NCBI GenBank assembly: GCA_963727805.1 | Contig: CAVSHF010000005.1 | Location: 576,001 to 640,000, forward strand | Reading direction: 5' to 3' | DNA length: 64,000 bases | DNA from: an uncultured Nitrospiraceae bacterium | GTDB taxonomy: Bacteria > Nitrospirota > Thermodesulfovibrionia > Thermodesulfovibrionales > Dissulfurispiraceae | Part shown: positions 41,515 through 51,871 of the stretch, in pieces | Position numbering within the stretch: the stretch's first letter is position 1 | How the letters are laid out: every line of letters starts with the position of its first letter | Program-made: the position numbers and the translations under genes | The notes under the pieces: model-generated | What the model was told of the DNA's origin: nothing | The model's database searches: none | The model's input: the letters and a program-made list of their open reading frames with translations, nothing else

Positions 41515-42267
41515 CTATACCTCTTTCTTTACTTTCGCCTTTGTCATCGAAAGCCCGATTCCATTAAACATGTTGTAGATCGCAAAGCCCCACCACATGG
41601 TATACACTACATAGAAGACAAGCAGAAAGGTCATCAGGCCGACCTTGTCCTTAACCTGCAACGCTTCAACCCCATAGTAATTGTATGCCGTCTCTATGCA
41701 CCTTTTGGAAACTTCGGCGATGATGTTGGCTTCTTCAATCTTGCCCTGCTTTTTCAAAACCGTGTCCATCTTTACAAAAGCGTTGTACCATTGCCTGAAC
41801 ATTTTCTTCTCGTCGTCTGTCCCGTATTTGGCCTTGATCGCATTTCCGTCGTCCTTATACATGGCATCTGAATCCTGAACAGCAGCCATAAGGATATTTC
41901 CAAGGTCTCCCTCGATCTTCAAATCAGGCCCTGTTACCTCTGCTTTCGCCCCTGCGGCGATAAATACTTTAGATGCGTTTACAGCCCTTTTTTCAGCATC
42001 GCCAGCCTTATCATCCGGTTTATCCATCTTAATAGTGACCGCTAACATCCTGCCTTGATACTTCTCGACACTCTTTGCTACCTTCGGAATAAAATACGAT
42101 GAGCCCTTGGACAGCCTGTTGAACGTCTCATCGGCCCACTCCAGTCCGTTCTGGGCCTTCCCATCGGCTGTTTTAGGAAAAATCGGGGAAAAAGTCAGGA
42201 TCAATATTCCGATAAAGCCGACGGCCATTGCCAGGCCAAGGCTAAATTGCTTTTTTGATGTTACCAT
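41515..42267 (-). CDS. Membrane protein associated with the TSUP gene
   Basis: N- and C-terminal TMs, FNRLSKGSSYFIP; SD AGGAGG. Confidence 0.75.
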   Translation of the reverse strand: MVTSKKQFSLGLAMAVGFIGILILTFSPIFPKTADGKAQNGLEWADETFNRLSKGSSYFIPKVAKSVEKYQGRMLAVTIKMDKPDDKAGDAEKRAVNASKVFIAAGAKAEVTGPDLKIEGDLGNILMAAVQDSDAMYKDDGNAIKAKYGTDDEKKMFRQWYNAFVKMDTVLKKQGKIEEANIIAEVSKRCIETAYNYYGVEALQVKDKVGLMTFLLVFYVVYTMWWGFAIYNMFNGIGLSMTKAKVKKEV

Positions 42268-42269
42268 TT

Positions 42270-43529
42270 TTATCCCTCCTCTCTCAGCTTTCCGATGTTT
42301 ACAATGAACTTGCTGATGACCCAAAAGCCGAAGAACCCGACGACAACCCAGAATACGATATTGCCTACCATTTCTATCACGTCGACCGCCGATTTGGACA
42401 TTTGCAGATATTCAAGCTCGACCATTTTCTTCGGCAATGTTGTCGCCCTGTTTATAAAACCCGCGATGATCGACATTGCGTAAAATCCCCTGATATGAAT
42501 ACCTTTGACGACCTTTGTGGTGAGTGCGCCGACCTGGATACCGATCAGTGAGCCGATGAGCATACCCATTGCAAGGGTGTAAAACACATAACCGTAAATA
42601 GCGTATTGAAAGATAGAGGCAAGCCCTGCAGTAAAGATGATCTGGAGGATATCTGTTCCGACTGTAGTTGCAGTGGAAACTCCAAAAATATAGACGAACA
42701 TCGGGAAGGTGACAAACCCTCCACCGACACCCATGATTGCCGCAAGCATCCCCACAATAACTCCGCCTATGGCCACCCAGAGCCAGGAGATTTGCCTTCC
42801 GCCGAAATCTTCATCGAATGTTATCATGGGTGGGATATGGATCTTCTGCAGGCTTATCGAAAGAGATGTCATCCCCGCGGAACCGCCATGTGCGTCATGA
42901 GCGCCAGCATCGCCTCCCGCCGTCTTCTTCCTCGTCGACTTCCAGAAATCCAGCATGGCGTAACTACCGAGGAACCCGAGCAATACGGCATAAACGAGGC
43001 TTATGAATCCATCGCTCAGGAGGGGATCGTAATTATAAAGAGTTTTATTTATCCAGCCGCCTATAACGGTGCCGCCCCCTGATCCGACAACAAAAGCAAC
43101 TGCCAGTTTAAGCGAAACGTTGCCGAGCTTTCTATGAACGGTCGTTCCCATAATTGCCTTTGCGAAGATATGGAAGACATCCGTACCGACCGCGAGGATT
43201 CCCTTCACCCCCACTGCCATCAGAGCCGGTGTGATGATAAAGCCTCCTCCTGCGCCGATGCATCCCGTAATGAGACCGGCTGCAAGACCAACTGCTATCG
43301 ATGCAAAAAATATTAGGTCAGTATAGTGCGCAGGCGCATAAGCGTGTTTGCCGCCGATCATGTCTGCCGCATCCACCAGAGTTAATCCCAGGATTGGCAG
43401 TGCCAGCAGCAACAGAATCAGAAGCTTTTTCTTGCTCTTGATGATGGACATCGAAACGTCATAGTCCCACCTGGCGTGGGCCATTGAAGCCGCCTTTAGA
43501 AATTCATATGCCTGTCTTGGACCGCTCAT
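42270..43529 (-). CDS. TSUP (TauE/SafE) family transporter
   Basis: GCIGAGGGFIITP and GVGGGFVTFP repeats, AVGTD/TVGTD. Confidence 0.9.
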   Translation of the reverse strand: MSGPRQAYEFLKAASMAHARWDYDVSMSIIKSKKKLLILLLLALPILGLTLVDAADMIGGKHAYAPAHYTDLIFFASIAVGLAAGLITGCIGAGGGFIITPALMAVGVKGILAVGTDVFHIFAKAIMGTTVHRKLGNVSLKLAVAFVVGSGGGTVIGGWINKTLYNYDPLLSDGFISLVYAVLLGFLGSYAMLDFWKSTRKKTAGGDAGAHDAHGGSAGMTSLSISLQKIHIPPMITFDEDFGGRQISWLWVAIGGVIVGMLAAIMGVGGGFVTFPMFVYIFGVSTATTVGTDILQIIFTAGLASIFQYAIYGYVFYTLAMGMLIGSLIGIQVGALTTKVVKGIHIRGFYAMSIIAGFINRATTLPKKMVELEYLQMSKSAVDVIEMVGNIVFWVVVGFFGFWVISKFIVNIGKLREEG

Positions 43530-43687
43530 TTAGCAACCCTCCTTGATGTCAGTTCAGTATAAGATTTATTGCAGCATCTTTTTATTGCACTTTACCCTTT
43601 GAGAAAAGCAACTAATCGTAATTAGATGGTGAATACAAAATATATGTTGACCACTTCTCACCCCCCCTTTTCCCCAATGTAAGAACA

Positions 43688-44320
43688 TTATTTTTTCAGA
43701 GTCTCTGCCCTGCTAATGTTCATAAACCTCAGCGCCTTGCCGTCTTCCTTGTAGTAGACACGGACTTCGTCGCCCGCCTCCCAGGTTTTGTCGGGCAGCG
43801 CAATGTACTCACCCGGCACAGTAAAGGTCGCCAGTATCTTCTGCCTTGGGGAGTATGTTGTTATCGTCCCCTTCTCCTTATCTACGATGGGGAACTGTTT
43901 TTCCTTTTTTGTCGCCTGATCCAATAGGAGAGGACTATCCCTGTCAACCAGCTCCTGCTGGTTGATAAGCTTGTAATCGATCGCCTTGAAGTTCTTAGCA
44001 GCAGCATCATAGATGATTACCTGGTTCTTCTTCGTGTCAAGTTTCATACGATATCCAGCCTTCGGCTCTGCACCCACAATCTCATTAAGGTCCTTCGGCA
44101 TTTCATATGTAAGCGGCGGCAGATGATTGTAGTCGGGGTTCCCCGGATCTGCCTTGACATCACGGATAAAGGTCACTGTCCGCTTATCCTTGTCGAATTC
44201 GATCACCCTTCCCTGGTCGACCTTGCCGAAATCCTTGCCGCAGCCCGCAATGAAGATCAACGGGGAGACACAAAGTAGTAAAATCAGGACGCATTTCTTA
44301 ATCATCAGATTCCTCCTCAT
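43688..44320 (-). CDS. Lipoprotein, DUF4881-like
   Basis: Lipobox IAGC, FGKVDQGRVI; family assignment from recollection, unverified. Confidence 0.7.
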   Translation of the reverse strand: MRRNLMIKKCVLILLLCVSPLIFIAGCGKDFGKVDQGRVIEFDKDKRTVTFIRDVKADPGNPDYNHLPPLTYEMPKDLNEIVGAEPKAGYRMKLDTKKNQVIIYDAAAKNFKAIDYKLINQQELVDRDSPLLLDQATKKEKQFPIVDKEKGTITTYSPRQKILATFTVPGEYIALPDKTWEAGDEVRVYYKEDGKALRFMNISRAETLKK

Positions 44321-44463
44321 AGTAGGCCTGCTATACCCTTACGGTACCTTCTCCTTTGGCCATTTTAGTTTTAATACGACTTGCTCCTTTTTCCTCTTTG
44401 GCCCCCTGCCACCAGTTCCCGGTTGTCGGCACTTTTAAATCTATCTCATGCTGAAAGTCCATG

Positions 44464-45204
44464 CTATCTGATACCCTCGAATTCCATCTGCATCTTATAT
44501 TTCATGCCGCTCCCGATAAGTCTCGTATACGCCATAGGCTTCCCATCAGAACCGATCAGTATGCGGTGGACCTGCAACGCTGGTGAGCCTTCTTCTGTAT
44601 CGAGTATGGCTGCTTTCTCTGCTGCCATCAGGGCGACTTCTATCGTCTGAACCACCTTGACAATCTTCCTCCCTGCCTTGCCGTCCACAAGATCGTAAAT
44701 TGACTTATGGACGATGTCGTCCACACTAAGATCCAGGAAAAGGGAGCATGGGAAAAAGGATTCATCAATGAAAACAGCTTTATCCTCTACGAGCCTTTTC
44801 GTAAAAATATATTGAATGTCTTCTTCCATCTGTAGACAAATTCTGATGTCATCCGTCGGTGTCATTACCCCCATGGCAATTACTTCTATTTTAAAACTCG
44901 CCTCACTTCCTGAGATATCTTCAGTTATTCTGGTCCTCATCGCCAGCCCACGGTGGGGCTCCGCACAAATGACAAACGTTCCCTTGCCCTGTTGCCTCCT
45001 GATATATCCATCACGGACCAGTTCGGCGATTGCCTCTCTTATGGTAGCCTTGCTTACATCATAGGTCTTGCAAAGGTCATCTTCCGTGGGAATCATGCTC
45101 CCCACTAACCACTCCCCCTGCTCAATATTCGCTTTGAGAATGTCATATACCTGTACATATAACTTCTGTTTACCATCTCTCTCTATCGGTTTTCCCATTA
45201 TCAT
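44464..45204 (-). CDS. GntR-family regulator (HutC/UTRA type)
   Basis: LYVQVY, IPTEDDLCKTYDVSKATIREAI..RRQQGKGTFV; C-terminal UTRA-like domain. Confidence 0.9.
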   Translation of the reverse strand: MIMGKPIERDGKQKLYVQVYDILKANIEQGEWLVGSMIPTEDDLCKTYDVSKATIREAIAELVRDGYIRRQQGKGTFVICAEPHRGLAMRTRITEDISGSEASFKIEVIAMGVMTPTDDIRICLQMEEDIQYIFTKRLVEDKAVFIDESFFPCSLFLDLSVDDIVHKSIYDLVDGKAGRKIVKVVQTIEVALMAAEKAAILDTEEGSPALQVHRILIGSDGKPMAYTRLIGSGMKYKMQMEFEGIR

Positions 45205-45246
45205 AAGTTTACCTTTTTATGTCTTTATAATCTTATGATATTTTGA

Positions 45247-45262
45247 AGCAATGAGTATGCCA
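45247..45262 (-). promoter_or_regulatory. Sigma54 -24/-12 promoter
   Basis: TGGCATACTCATTGCT, near-consensus, 42 bp upstream of the gntR ORF. Confidence 0.85.
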
Positions 45263-45315
45263 AATACGTTAATCATTTTATTTCAGTGAGTTAATAAAAC
45301 GGGGGTTTGAGTGAT

Positions 45316-45385
45316 TGAAACAAAAAGTTGCACCATTCAGATAAAAATCCGACTATTCGACCAATATGTGCAACTTATTGTTTCA
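45316..45385. promoter_or_regulatory. Paired enhancer (UAS) sites
   Basis: TGAAACAAAAAGTTGCAC (45316-45333) and an inverted 17/18 copy GTGCAACTTATTGTTTCA (45368-45385). Confidence 0.65.
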
Positions 45386-45393
45386 TGATAGTA

Positions 45394-46689
45394 TTATGTT
45401 GCTATTTTGAGTTGTTTGATCTTTCTTTGGAGTTGCTGCCGATAGATACCGAGGATTGTAGCCGCCCGGGAAATGTTGCCGCGGGCCTCCTGAAGGGCTG
45501 CCCAGATCAGTTCCCTCTCATAGGACGAAAGCGCCTCTTTCATTCTTGGTGTGGCTGTTCTCCTTTTTATACTGATCTGAAGAAGCGACGCCGGTAGGTC
45601 GGAGGGGAGTATCTGGGAATAAGTCGCAAAAGAAATGGCATGCTCGATAATATTTTCAAGTTCACGAACATTCCCCGGATAGGCGTAATGCAAGAGTATT
45701 TGCATGGCCTCATCAGTAATATTCCGGATCACAATATCCTTTCTCTTCGGTGCATATTTCCGGATGAAGTAGATCGCAAGAAGCGGAATGTCCTCCATCC
45801 TCTGGCGCAGGGGGGGCAGGTGAATGTTTATAACGTTCAGCCGGTAATAAAGATCCTCCCGGAATACTCCCTTCTTGCAGGCGAGCTTGAGATCTTTGTT
45901 TGTTGCAGCAATGATGCGCACATCGACCTTTTTATAGCGGCTCCCTCCAACCCGCATAATCTCGCCCTCCTGGATTACACGCAGCACCTTGGTCTGGAAC
46001 AGGGTCGAAACATCCCCTATCTCGTCGAGAAAGACAGTGCCGCCATCGGTGAGTTCAAGAATTCCCTTTTTTGTATAATTTGCTCCTGTAAAGGCACCCT
46101 TTTCAAAGCCGAAGAGTTCCGACTCGAGAAGAGTATCGGGGATGGCACTGCAGTTGAGGGTCATAAAAGACTTGTCTTTTCGGGGGCTCCAGCGGTGAAT
46201 AGCACGCGCCGTCGGCTCCTTTCCGGTGCCGCTCTCCCCGGTGATGAGCACGTTGCTTTCGCTGGCAGCAGCTCTCTTGATCAGGTTGAAGACCTCTTGC
46301 ATTATCAGGCTCTTACCGACAATGTCATCAAAGATTCCTTCAAGCTCCTTTGTACGCTCCTTATGGCTGTCGATGATGCTCTGGACCATCTCCCTAGTCA
46401 CTGCCTTTTCGATAACGTCGGCAGCCCCCAGGCGCATCGCCTCAACAGCGGTCCCTATGTCTGCGGCAGAAAAACATACGATCGGCATCTCGTGACGCAA
46501 TTCTTCAATCCACTCCCTCCACCCATCGGCAGAGAGGTCGAGAAAAGCCAGCTGAAACATGTCCGCTGGTAAGCGTATACCGGACAGAACGGTAAAGTCT
46601 TTAGTGCCGCAAAAAGAGCAGGGGATGCCCGATGATTCGAATATTTGCTCGATTTCCGTGGAGTCGGTGATCACCCAGATATCTGACAT
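45394..46689 (-). CDS. Sigma54-dependent activator with a degenerate receiver domain
   Basis: GESGTGKE, GAFTGA, FLDEIG, PGNVRELEN, Fis HTH. Confidence 0.92.
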   Translation of the reverse strand: MSDIWVITDSTEIEQIFESSGIPCSFCGTKDFTVLSGIRLPADMFQLAFLDLSADGWREWIEELRHEMPIVCFSAADIGTAVEAMRLGAADVIEKAVTREMVQSIIDSHKERTKELEGIFDDIVGKSLIMQEVFNLIKRAAASESNVLITGESGTGKEPTARAIHRWSPRKDKSFMTLNCSAIPDTLLESELFGFEKGAFTGANYTKKGILELTDGGTVFLDEIGDVSTLFQTKVLRVIQEGEIMRVGGSRYKKVDVRIIAATNKDLKLACKKGVFREDLYYRLNVINIHLPPLRQRMEDIPLLAIYFIRKYAPKRKDIVIRNITDEAMQILLHYAYPGNVRELENIIEHAISFATYSQILPSDLPASLLQISIKRRTATPRMKEALSSYERELIWAALQEARGNISRAATILGIYRQQLQRKIKQLKIAT

Positions 46690-46751
46690 TGCGGTATTTT
46701 AGAATAGATTTGATAAAAAAACAAAGAGATGGTTACTATATATAGATTGCC

Positions 46752-47561
46752 ATGCAAAAAATATATATACTGTCAGATGCCACCGGCCAGAGCGGGCTCG
46801 ATATATTGAAGGCTGCTCTTGTTCAGTTCGAAAACCCGAACATAAAACTTACGGTATTTCCACGAGTCGAATCAAAGGCGAGCATCACGAAGATACTTCA
46901 GCAAGCGAAGATCGAGAAAGCATTCGTCGCTTATACTCTCGTCAAGAAGGCGAACAGAGAATTTATTGATGAATACTGCAAAAAAAACAGTGTCCATCAT
47001 CTCGACATTCTCGGACCTCTCATCAGCACGCTCTTTTCCTACCTGAAGATCGAACCCTTCGAGAACCCCAGACTGCTTCGACAGATCGACGAACGATACT
47101 TTAAGCGAATTGAAGCGATCGAATTTACAGCAAACCATGATGATGGTCAGCGGGCACAAAGACTTGAAGAAGCCGATATTGTCATTCTTGGACTCTCAAG
47201 GACATCCAAGACACCGACTTCTTTTTTCCTCGCTCAGCAGGGCTTTAAGGTCGCCAACGTACCAATTGTCCCGGAAGTCTCTTTGCCCGATGAGATATTC
47301 ACGATCGATCAGAATAAAATTACCTGTCTTGTCATGGAACCCGACGTGTTGCAGAAAATAAGACTTTCCCGATTGAGCCACTACAAGACCGACAGCAGTT
47401 ACACCGACCTCAAAAAAATATATGAAGAGACAGAGTTCGTCGAAGGCCTGCTCAGAAAGCATAAGCAATGGAGAGTGATCGATACGACAAACAGGTCAGT
47501 CGAAGAGACTTCTCGTGAGATCATACAGACGGTTTTCGGAAGGGACGTTGAGTATCATTAA
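46752..47561 (+). CDS. ppsR: PEP synthase/PPDK regulatory kinase-pyrophosphorylase (DUF299)
   Basis: ILSDATGQS, YFKRIEAIEF..HDDG, GLSRTSKTP. Confidence 0.9.
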   Translation: MQKIYILSDATGQSGLDILKAALVQFENPNIKLTVFPRVESKASITKILQQAKIEKAFVAYTLVKKANREFIDEYCKKNSVHHLDILGPLISTLFSYLKIEPFENPRLLRQIDERYFKRIEAIEFTANHDDGQRAQRLEEADIVILGLSRTSKTPTSFFLAQQGFKVANVPIVPEVSLPDEIFTIDQNKITCLVMEPDVLQKIRLSRLSHYKTDSSYTDLKKIYEETEFVEGLLRKHKQWRVIDTTNRSVEETSREIIQTVFGRDVEYH

Positions 47562-47585
47562 TCAGGTTAAAAGAAAGGAAGAATT

Positions 47586-47792
47586 ATGACTGAATTGACA
47601 TTAACAATTGAAGGAATGAGCTGTCAGCATTGCGTCATGAGGGTCAAAAAGGCGATCGATGCGCTTCAGGGAGTCACAAAGTCCGATGTCTCCATCGGCC
47701 GTGCAGTTGTGTCTGTGGATGAAGCAAAGGTCAAAAAAGAACAGATCATCGCGTCCGTGGAAAAAGCCGGATATAAGATCGTAAATCGGTAA
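47586..47792 (+). CDS. copZ: Copper chaperone (HMA domain)
   Basis: EGMSCQHCV..AGY. Confidence 0.85.
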   Translation: MTELTLTIEGMSCQHCVMRVKKAIDALQGVTKSDVSIGRAVVSVDEAKVKKEQIIASVEKAGYKIVNR

Positions 47793-48126
47793 GCTGCCTT
47801 TTCTCCTCAAAAAACGAAATGAGAGGCCGGATCATTCCGCCCTACATTCCTGCGATCAAACTCAGGGAAAAGATATTTCTCGATGTCGGAACCTATATTT
47901 TTCTCGCCGCCATAATAGACGTTTTTGCTCATCGTAAACTTTATTATTTCAACTTAAAACTCCATATCGTTGAAAAATTGGATGATATGAGCCTTAGCAT
48001 AATCGGGGCAACTCAATAATCACCGGCAACACTTCCAGCAAAAGATCAGGCTTTTAGGAATCGAGATTTCGTTGATCCATCAGTCTGGGCAGCAATTCCC
48101 TCGTATAAGCCAGGGTTAACGATTCT

Positions 48127-50211
48127 TTAAATCCTTAACTGCCCCGCCGTTTTGTCCATGATATACTCGACAAGGGATTGGTGAAGCGATTCGACTTCTT
48201 CATCAGTGAGGGTCCTATCCGGAGACCTGTACCTGACGTTAAAGGCAACGCTCTTTTTGCCCTCTCCAATGTTCGCCCCCTGATAGACATCAAAGATGGA
48301 GATGTCCTCAATAAGGTCGGAGGGATAGGATTTGAGATAAGTGATTATTTCGGCAGCCTGCAGGCCAGCATTTACAACAACCGCGGTATCTCTCTCGACA
48401 AACGGATATTTTGGCAGCGGCCTGTAGACTACCTCGCGTTTCGACGAAGAGATGGTCCTGCTCAAATCCATCTCAATGACGATAATAGACGGTTTCTGCG
48501 CCTTGATATCGAGAGCCTCGACAACAGATGGGGAAAGAGCGCCGATGAATCCTATTTTTTGTCTTCCGATGACGATATCTGCTGCACGCCCCGGATGCAA
48601 AAAGGGTTCATTAGAGCGGACGTATGAATGATCCATGATCCCAATTCCTTGAAGTATCGCATCTAGCACACCCTTGACGACATAAAAATCAGGCGTCTCT
48701 TCCCTGTAAAGCGTCTTGGCTTTCTCACCATAATAGAGGGCGGCAAGAGAGTCTTTTTCGATGGGGAGAGAGTTTGGTCCGCTGCTGATGTAGGACTTTG
48801 CAGTTTCAAAAAGTCTCAGTTCCCTGTTTCCGTGCGCCAGGTTGTGGAGAAGGTTCCTGATAAGCGCTGGCACGAGGGTCGTCCTCATGAAAGAATCCTC
48901 CTCCCTGAGAGGATTTCTGATCCTGACAAAATTCCTCCGCGCATCATCGTGCGGGAGGGTGAGAAAGTCGAGTTCAGAGGTCCCCATAAAGCTAAGGTTG
49001 ATCGCCTCCGAAAAGCCGGACTTGAGAAATGCCTCCCTAATCTCACGCTTTATTTCCTGCGCCGATATCTTCTCCTTCTGGGTATCAGCCGCCAAACTCG
49101 CCACAGGAAGTTCGGCCGGGATTTTATCAAAACCGTAAAGCCGTGCCACCTCTTCGATGATGTCAGCCTCCATAGTGATGTCCCTCCTGAAAGGCGGGAC
49201 CTTAACCTTAAATTCGGAACTGATATCTTCTGAGATGTCGAGACCAAGCCCCTTAAGGCTGCCGAGGATTTCTTGCCGGGAAAGTTTCAGTCCCAGTATT
49301 TTATTTACTCTTTCATAACGGACATTTAATTCCTTCGGATGGTAACGTTTTGGATAAATATCGATCTTCCCGTATATGGTGCCTCCGGCGACATCTCTCA
49401 TCAGCATTGCAGCCCTGTCGAGGGCTTTTTTAAGGGCCTTGATGTCCGTTCCGCGTTCAAACCGGTAAGATGACTCAGTCTTGAGCCCTAGTGCCCTAGA
49501 TGTCCTTCTAATTGACGCAGGATCGAAATAGGCGCTCTCGATAAATATGTCGACTGTCTTGTCAGTGACCTCAGTGTCCCTGCCACCCATGATTCCCGCA
49601 ACAGCAACAGGCCTTTCGGCATCCCATATCAGCAGGGATTCGCCGGGCACCTCTCGTTTAATGCCGTCAAGGGTATTCATTTCAATATGCGGCTGGCCGC
49701 TTATCGCCCTCGGTGTTCCTACTTTTATCATATTGCCCTTGAGTGTCTTGAGATCAAAGGCATGGAGCGGATGTCCGAATTCCAGGAGAACATAATTGGT
49801 AATATCCACCACATTGTTTATTGATCGTATGCCGCACTTTTCAAGCCGCTTCTTCATCCAGTCAGGAGAAGGTCCCACCTTGAGTCTGCTCACGATTCTG
49901 CCCGCGTATCGCCAGCAGAGGTCGGGCTCCGCAATCTCGACATTAAAGTCGAGTTCTTTGGAGTCGGCCACAACATTAAGATCGGGAAAGGTAAGAGGAA
50001 TGCCGTATGATGCAGACAACTCCCGTGCAATACCGATGATGCTCAGACAGTCGGGCCTGTTCGGAGTAACATTGACCTCGAAAACGACATCACCGTCGAC
50101 ACGCTCGACTGCCTCGACCTCCAGCCCCGTCATAGTGAGCTTCTCGGCGACAGCAATTGCCGATGCGTCAATCTTCACAAAATCTTTCAGCCACTCAAAA
50201 GATACTCTCAC
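48127..50211 (-). CDS. pheT: Phenylalanine-tRNA ligase beta subunit (short form)
   Basis: TPNRPDCLS, INNVVDITNY, RFERG, EEVARLYG, FDX-ACB tail; B2 OB domain apparently absent. Confidence 0.95.
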   Translation of the reverse strand: MRVSFEWLKDFVKIDASAIAVAEKLTMTGLEVEAVERVDGDVVFEVNVTPNRPDCLSIIGIARELSASYGIPLTFPDLNVVADSKELDFNVEIAEPDLCWRYAGRIVSRLKVGPSPDWMKKRLEKCGIRSINNVVDITNYVLLEFGHPLHAFDLKTLKGNMIKVGTPRAISGQPHIEMNTLDGIKREVPGESLLIWDAERPVAVAGIMGGRDTEVTDKTVDIFIESAYFDPASIRRTSRALGLKTESSYRFERGTDIKALKKALDRAAMLMRDVAGGTIYGKIDIYPKRYHPKELNVRYERVNKILGLKLSRQEILGSLKGLGLDISEDISSEFKVKVPPFRRDITMEADIIEEVARLYGFDKIPAELPVASLAADTQKEKISAQEIKREIREAFLKSGFSEAINLSFMGTSELDFLTLPHDDARRNFVRIRNPLREEDSFMRTTLVPALIRNLLHNLAHGNRELRLFETAKSYISSGPNSLPIEKDSLAALYYGEKAKTLYREETPDFYVVKGVLDAILQGIGIMDHSYVRSNEPFLHPGRAADIVIGRQKIGFIGALSPSVVEALDIKAQKPSIIVIEMDLSRTISSSKREVVYRPLPKYPFVERDTAVVVNAGLQAAEIITYLKSYPSDLIEDISIFDVYQGANIGEGKKSVAFNVRYRSPDRTLTDEEVESLHQSLVEYIMDKTAGQLRI

Positions 50212-51219
50212 TTAGAATTGCCTCAGGAATCTCATGTCATTTTCAAATAAAAGCCGTATATCGTCAATGGAGTATTTCAACAGCGTAATACGCTCTATTC
50301 CCATACCAAAAGCAAAGCCGGTGTATTCCTCAGAGTTGTAACCTACATTTTCGAACACCTTCGGATTCACCATGCCGGCGCCGAGGATTTCGAGCCACCC
50401 CGTTCCCTTGCAGACCCTGCAGCCTGCGGCTTTACAGAGAATGCAGCCCATATCGATCTCCGCCGACGGCTCGGTGAAGGGGAAAAAGCTCGGCCTGAAC
50501 CGCACAGGGATGTCGGGACCGAACATCTGATGGATGAATGCTGTGAGCACGCCTTTCAGGTGGCTGAAGGTGATATCCCTGTCGACCATTAACCCCTCGA
50601 CCTGATGGAACATCGGTGAATGAGTGACGTCGGCATCGCATCGGTATACTTTCCCGGGGGCGATAAACCTGAGTGGTGGTCTCTTCTTCTCCATCACCCT
50701 CACCTGAACAGGAGAGGTATGGGTCCGAAGTACAATATCCTCGCTGATATAAAAAGTATCCTGCATGTCCCTTGCAGGGTGGTCTTTTGGTATGTTCAGG
50801 GCCTCGAAGTTGTAGCAGTCGAGTTCCACTTCGGGGCCTTCCTCAATGCTGAAGCCCATCCTGGTGAATATGTCAATGACCTCGCGAAGGGTTCTGCTGA
50901 GCAGGTGTTCATGACCGAAACCAACGTGCTTGCCGGGCAACGTGATGTCAATCGCTTCCGCTAGAAGGCGGCTTTTAAAATCCGCACTCTTGAGGCACAC
51001 TTCCCTCTCATCACAGGCTTTCTCGATAAATTGCTTTAACTCATTGATCTGTCGTCCGGCGAGGCGTCTCTCATCCGCAGTGAGTGAGGAAAGGGATTTG
51101 ATCCTCGATGTGATGATGCCCTTTTTGCCGAGATATTTGACCCGGAGGTTAGTCGCGTCTACAAGACCCTTTATCGATGCAATTTCATCAAGAAATGTCT
51201 GTTTCAGGTCGTCGCTCAT
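50212..51219 (-). CDS. pheS: Phenylalanine-tRNA ligase alpha subunit
   Basis: HPARDMQDTF, LRTHTSPVQ, FPFTEPS, GFAFGMG. Confidence 0.97.
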   Translation of the reverse strand: MSDDLKQTFLDEIASIKGLVDATNLRVKYLGKKGIITSRIKSLSSLTADERRLAGRQINELKQFIEKACDEREVCLKSADFKSRLLAEAIDITLPGKHVGFGHEHLLSRTLREVIDIFTRMGFSIEEGPEVELDCYNFEALNIPKDHPARDMQDTFYISEDIVLRTHTSPVQVRVMEKKRPPLRFIAPGKVYRCDADVTHSPMFHQVEGLMVDRDITFSHLKGVLTAFIHQMFGPDIPVRFRPSFFPFTEPSAEIDMGCILCKAAGCRVCKGTGWLEILGAGMVNPKVFENVGYNSEEYTGFAFGMGIERITLLKYSIDDIRLLFENDMRFLRQF

Positions 51220-51302
51220 GATCGAATGATAGCGGCAGGGTTGAGTATGTGCAGCTCAGGCAGTGCAAAAGGACGCGTATACTGGACCCTGTTGCCTGTA
51301 TC

Positions 51303-51650
51303 CTATCCCTTAACCTGTTCGACAAGCTGCCCAAATGCCTTTGGATCGCTGTATGCCAGATCTGCAAGGACCCTTCTGTCAAGAATAATGTTGGCCTTCT
51401 TGAGTCCGTTCATGAACTGGCTATATGAGAGACCGAGAGATCGAACGGCAGCATTGATCCTTACAATCCATAGAGACCTGAACTCGCGTTTCTTAAGCCT
51501 TCTGTCCCTATATGCAGCAACGAGCGCCTTATCTACTGCCTGGGCGGCATTCTTGTAAAGCCTGGACCTGCCTCCTGAATATCCCTTCGCTTGATCGAGG
51601 ACCTTTTTATGGTACCTCCGTGTTGTGAATCCACCTTTCGCCCTTGGCAT
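51303..51650 (-). CDS. rplT: 50S ribosomal protein L20
   Basis: [24 protein letters not shown]. Confidence 0.97.
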   Translation of the reverse strand: MPRAKGGFTTRRYHKKVLDQAKGYSGGRSRLYKNAAQAVDKALVAAYRDRRLKKREFRSLWIVRINAAVRSLGLSYSQFMNGLKKANIILDRRVLADLAYSDPKAFGQLVEQVKG

Positions 51651-51871
51651 GTTTCCTCCTTATGCTACAATGCTCCATTTTTCAATAACCCGATAGTATA
51701 TGCAGATTTTTTAGAAATTGAATTTTAATAAATTTTTCACTGTAGAGTCAAGTACATTCATTTCAATAGTCAAGAAAAGTCAGATCAGCCGCCCATGTCT
51801 CCTGGCCCCCTGCAAACAATAAGGCATGCCTTTCTCATCGTTCGGCATGCCTTCAGGTTACGCAGATTAGG

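Noticed and set aside
45640..46572. 310-aa plus-strand ORF (also 41134-41871 and similar)
   Set aside because: Antisense shadows of well-supported genes.
48127..50211. Short PheT as a truncated gene
   Set aside because: Clean in-frame absence of the B2 OB domain is a known natural variant, and all other motifs are intact.
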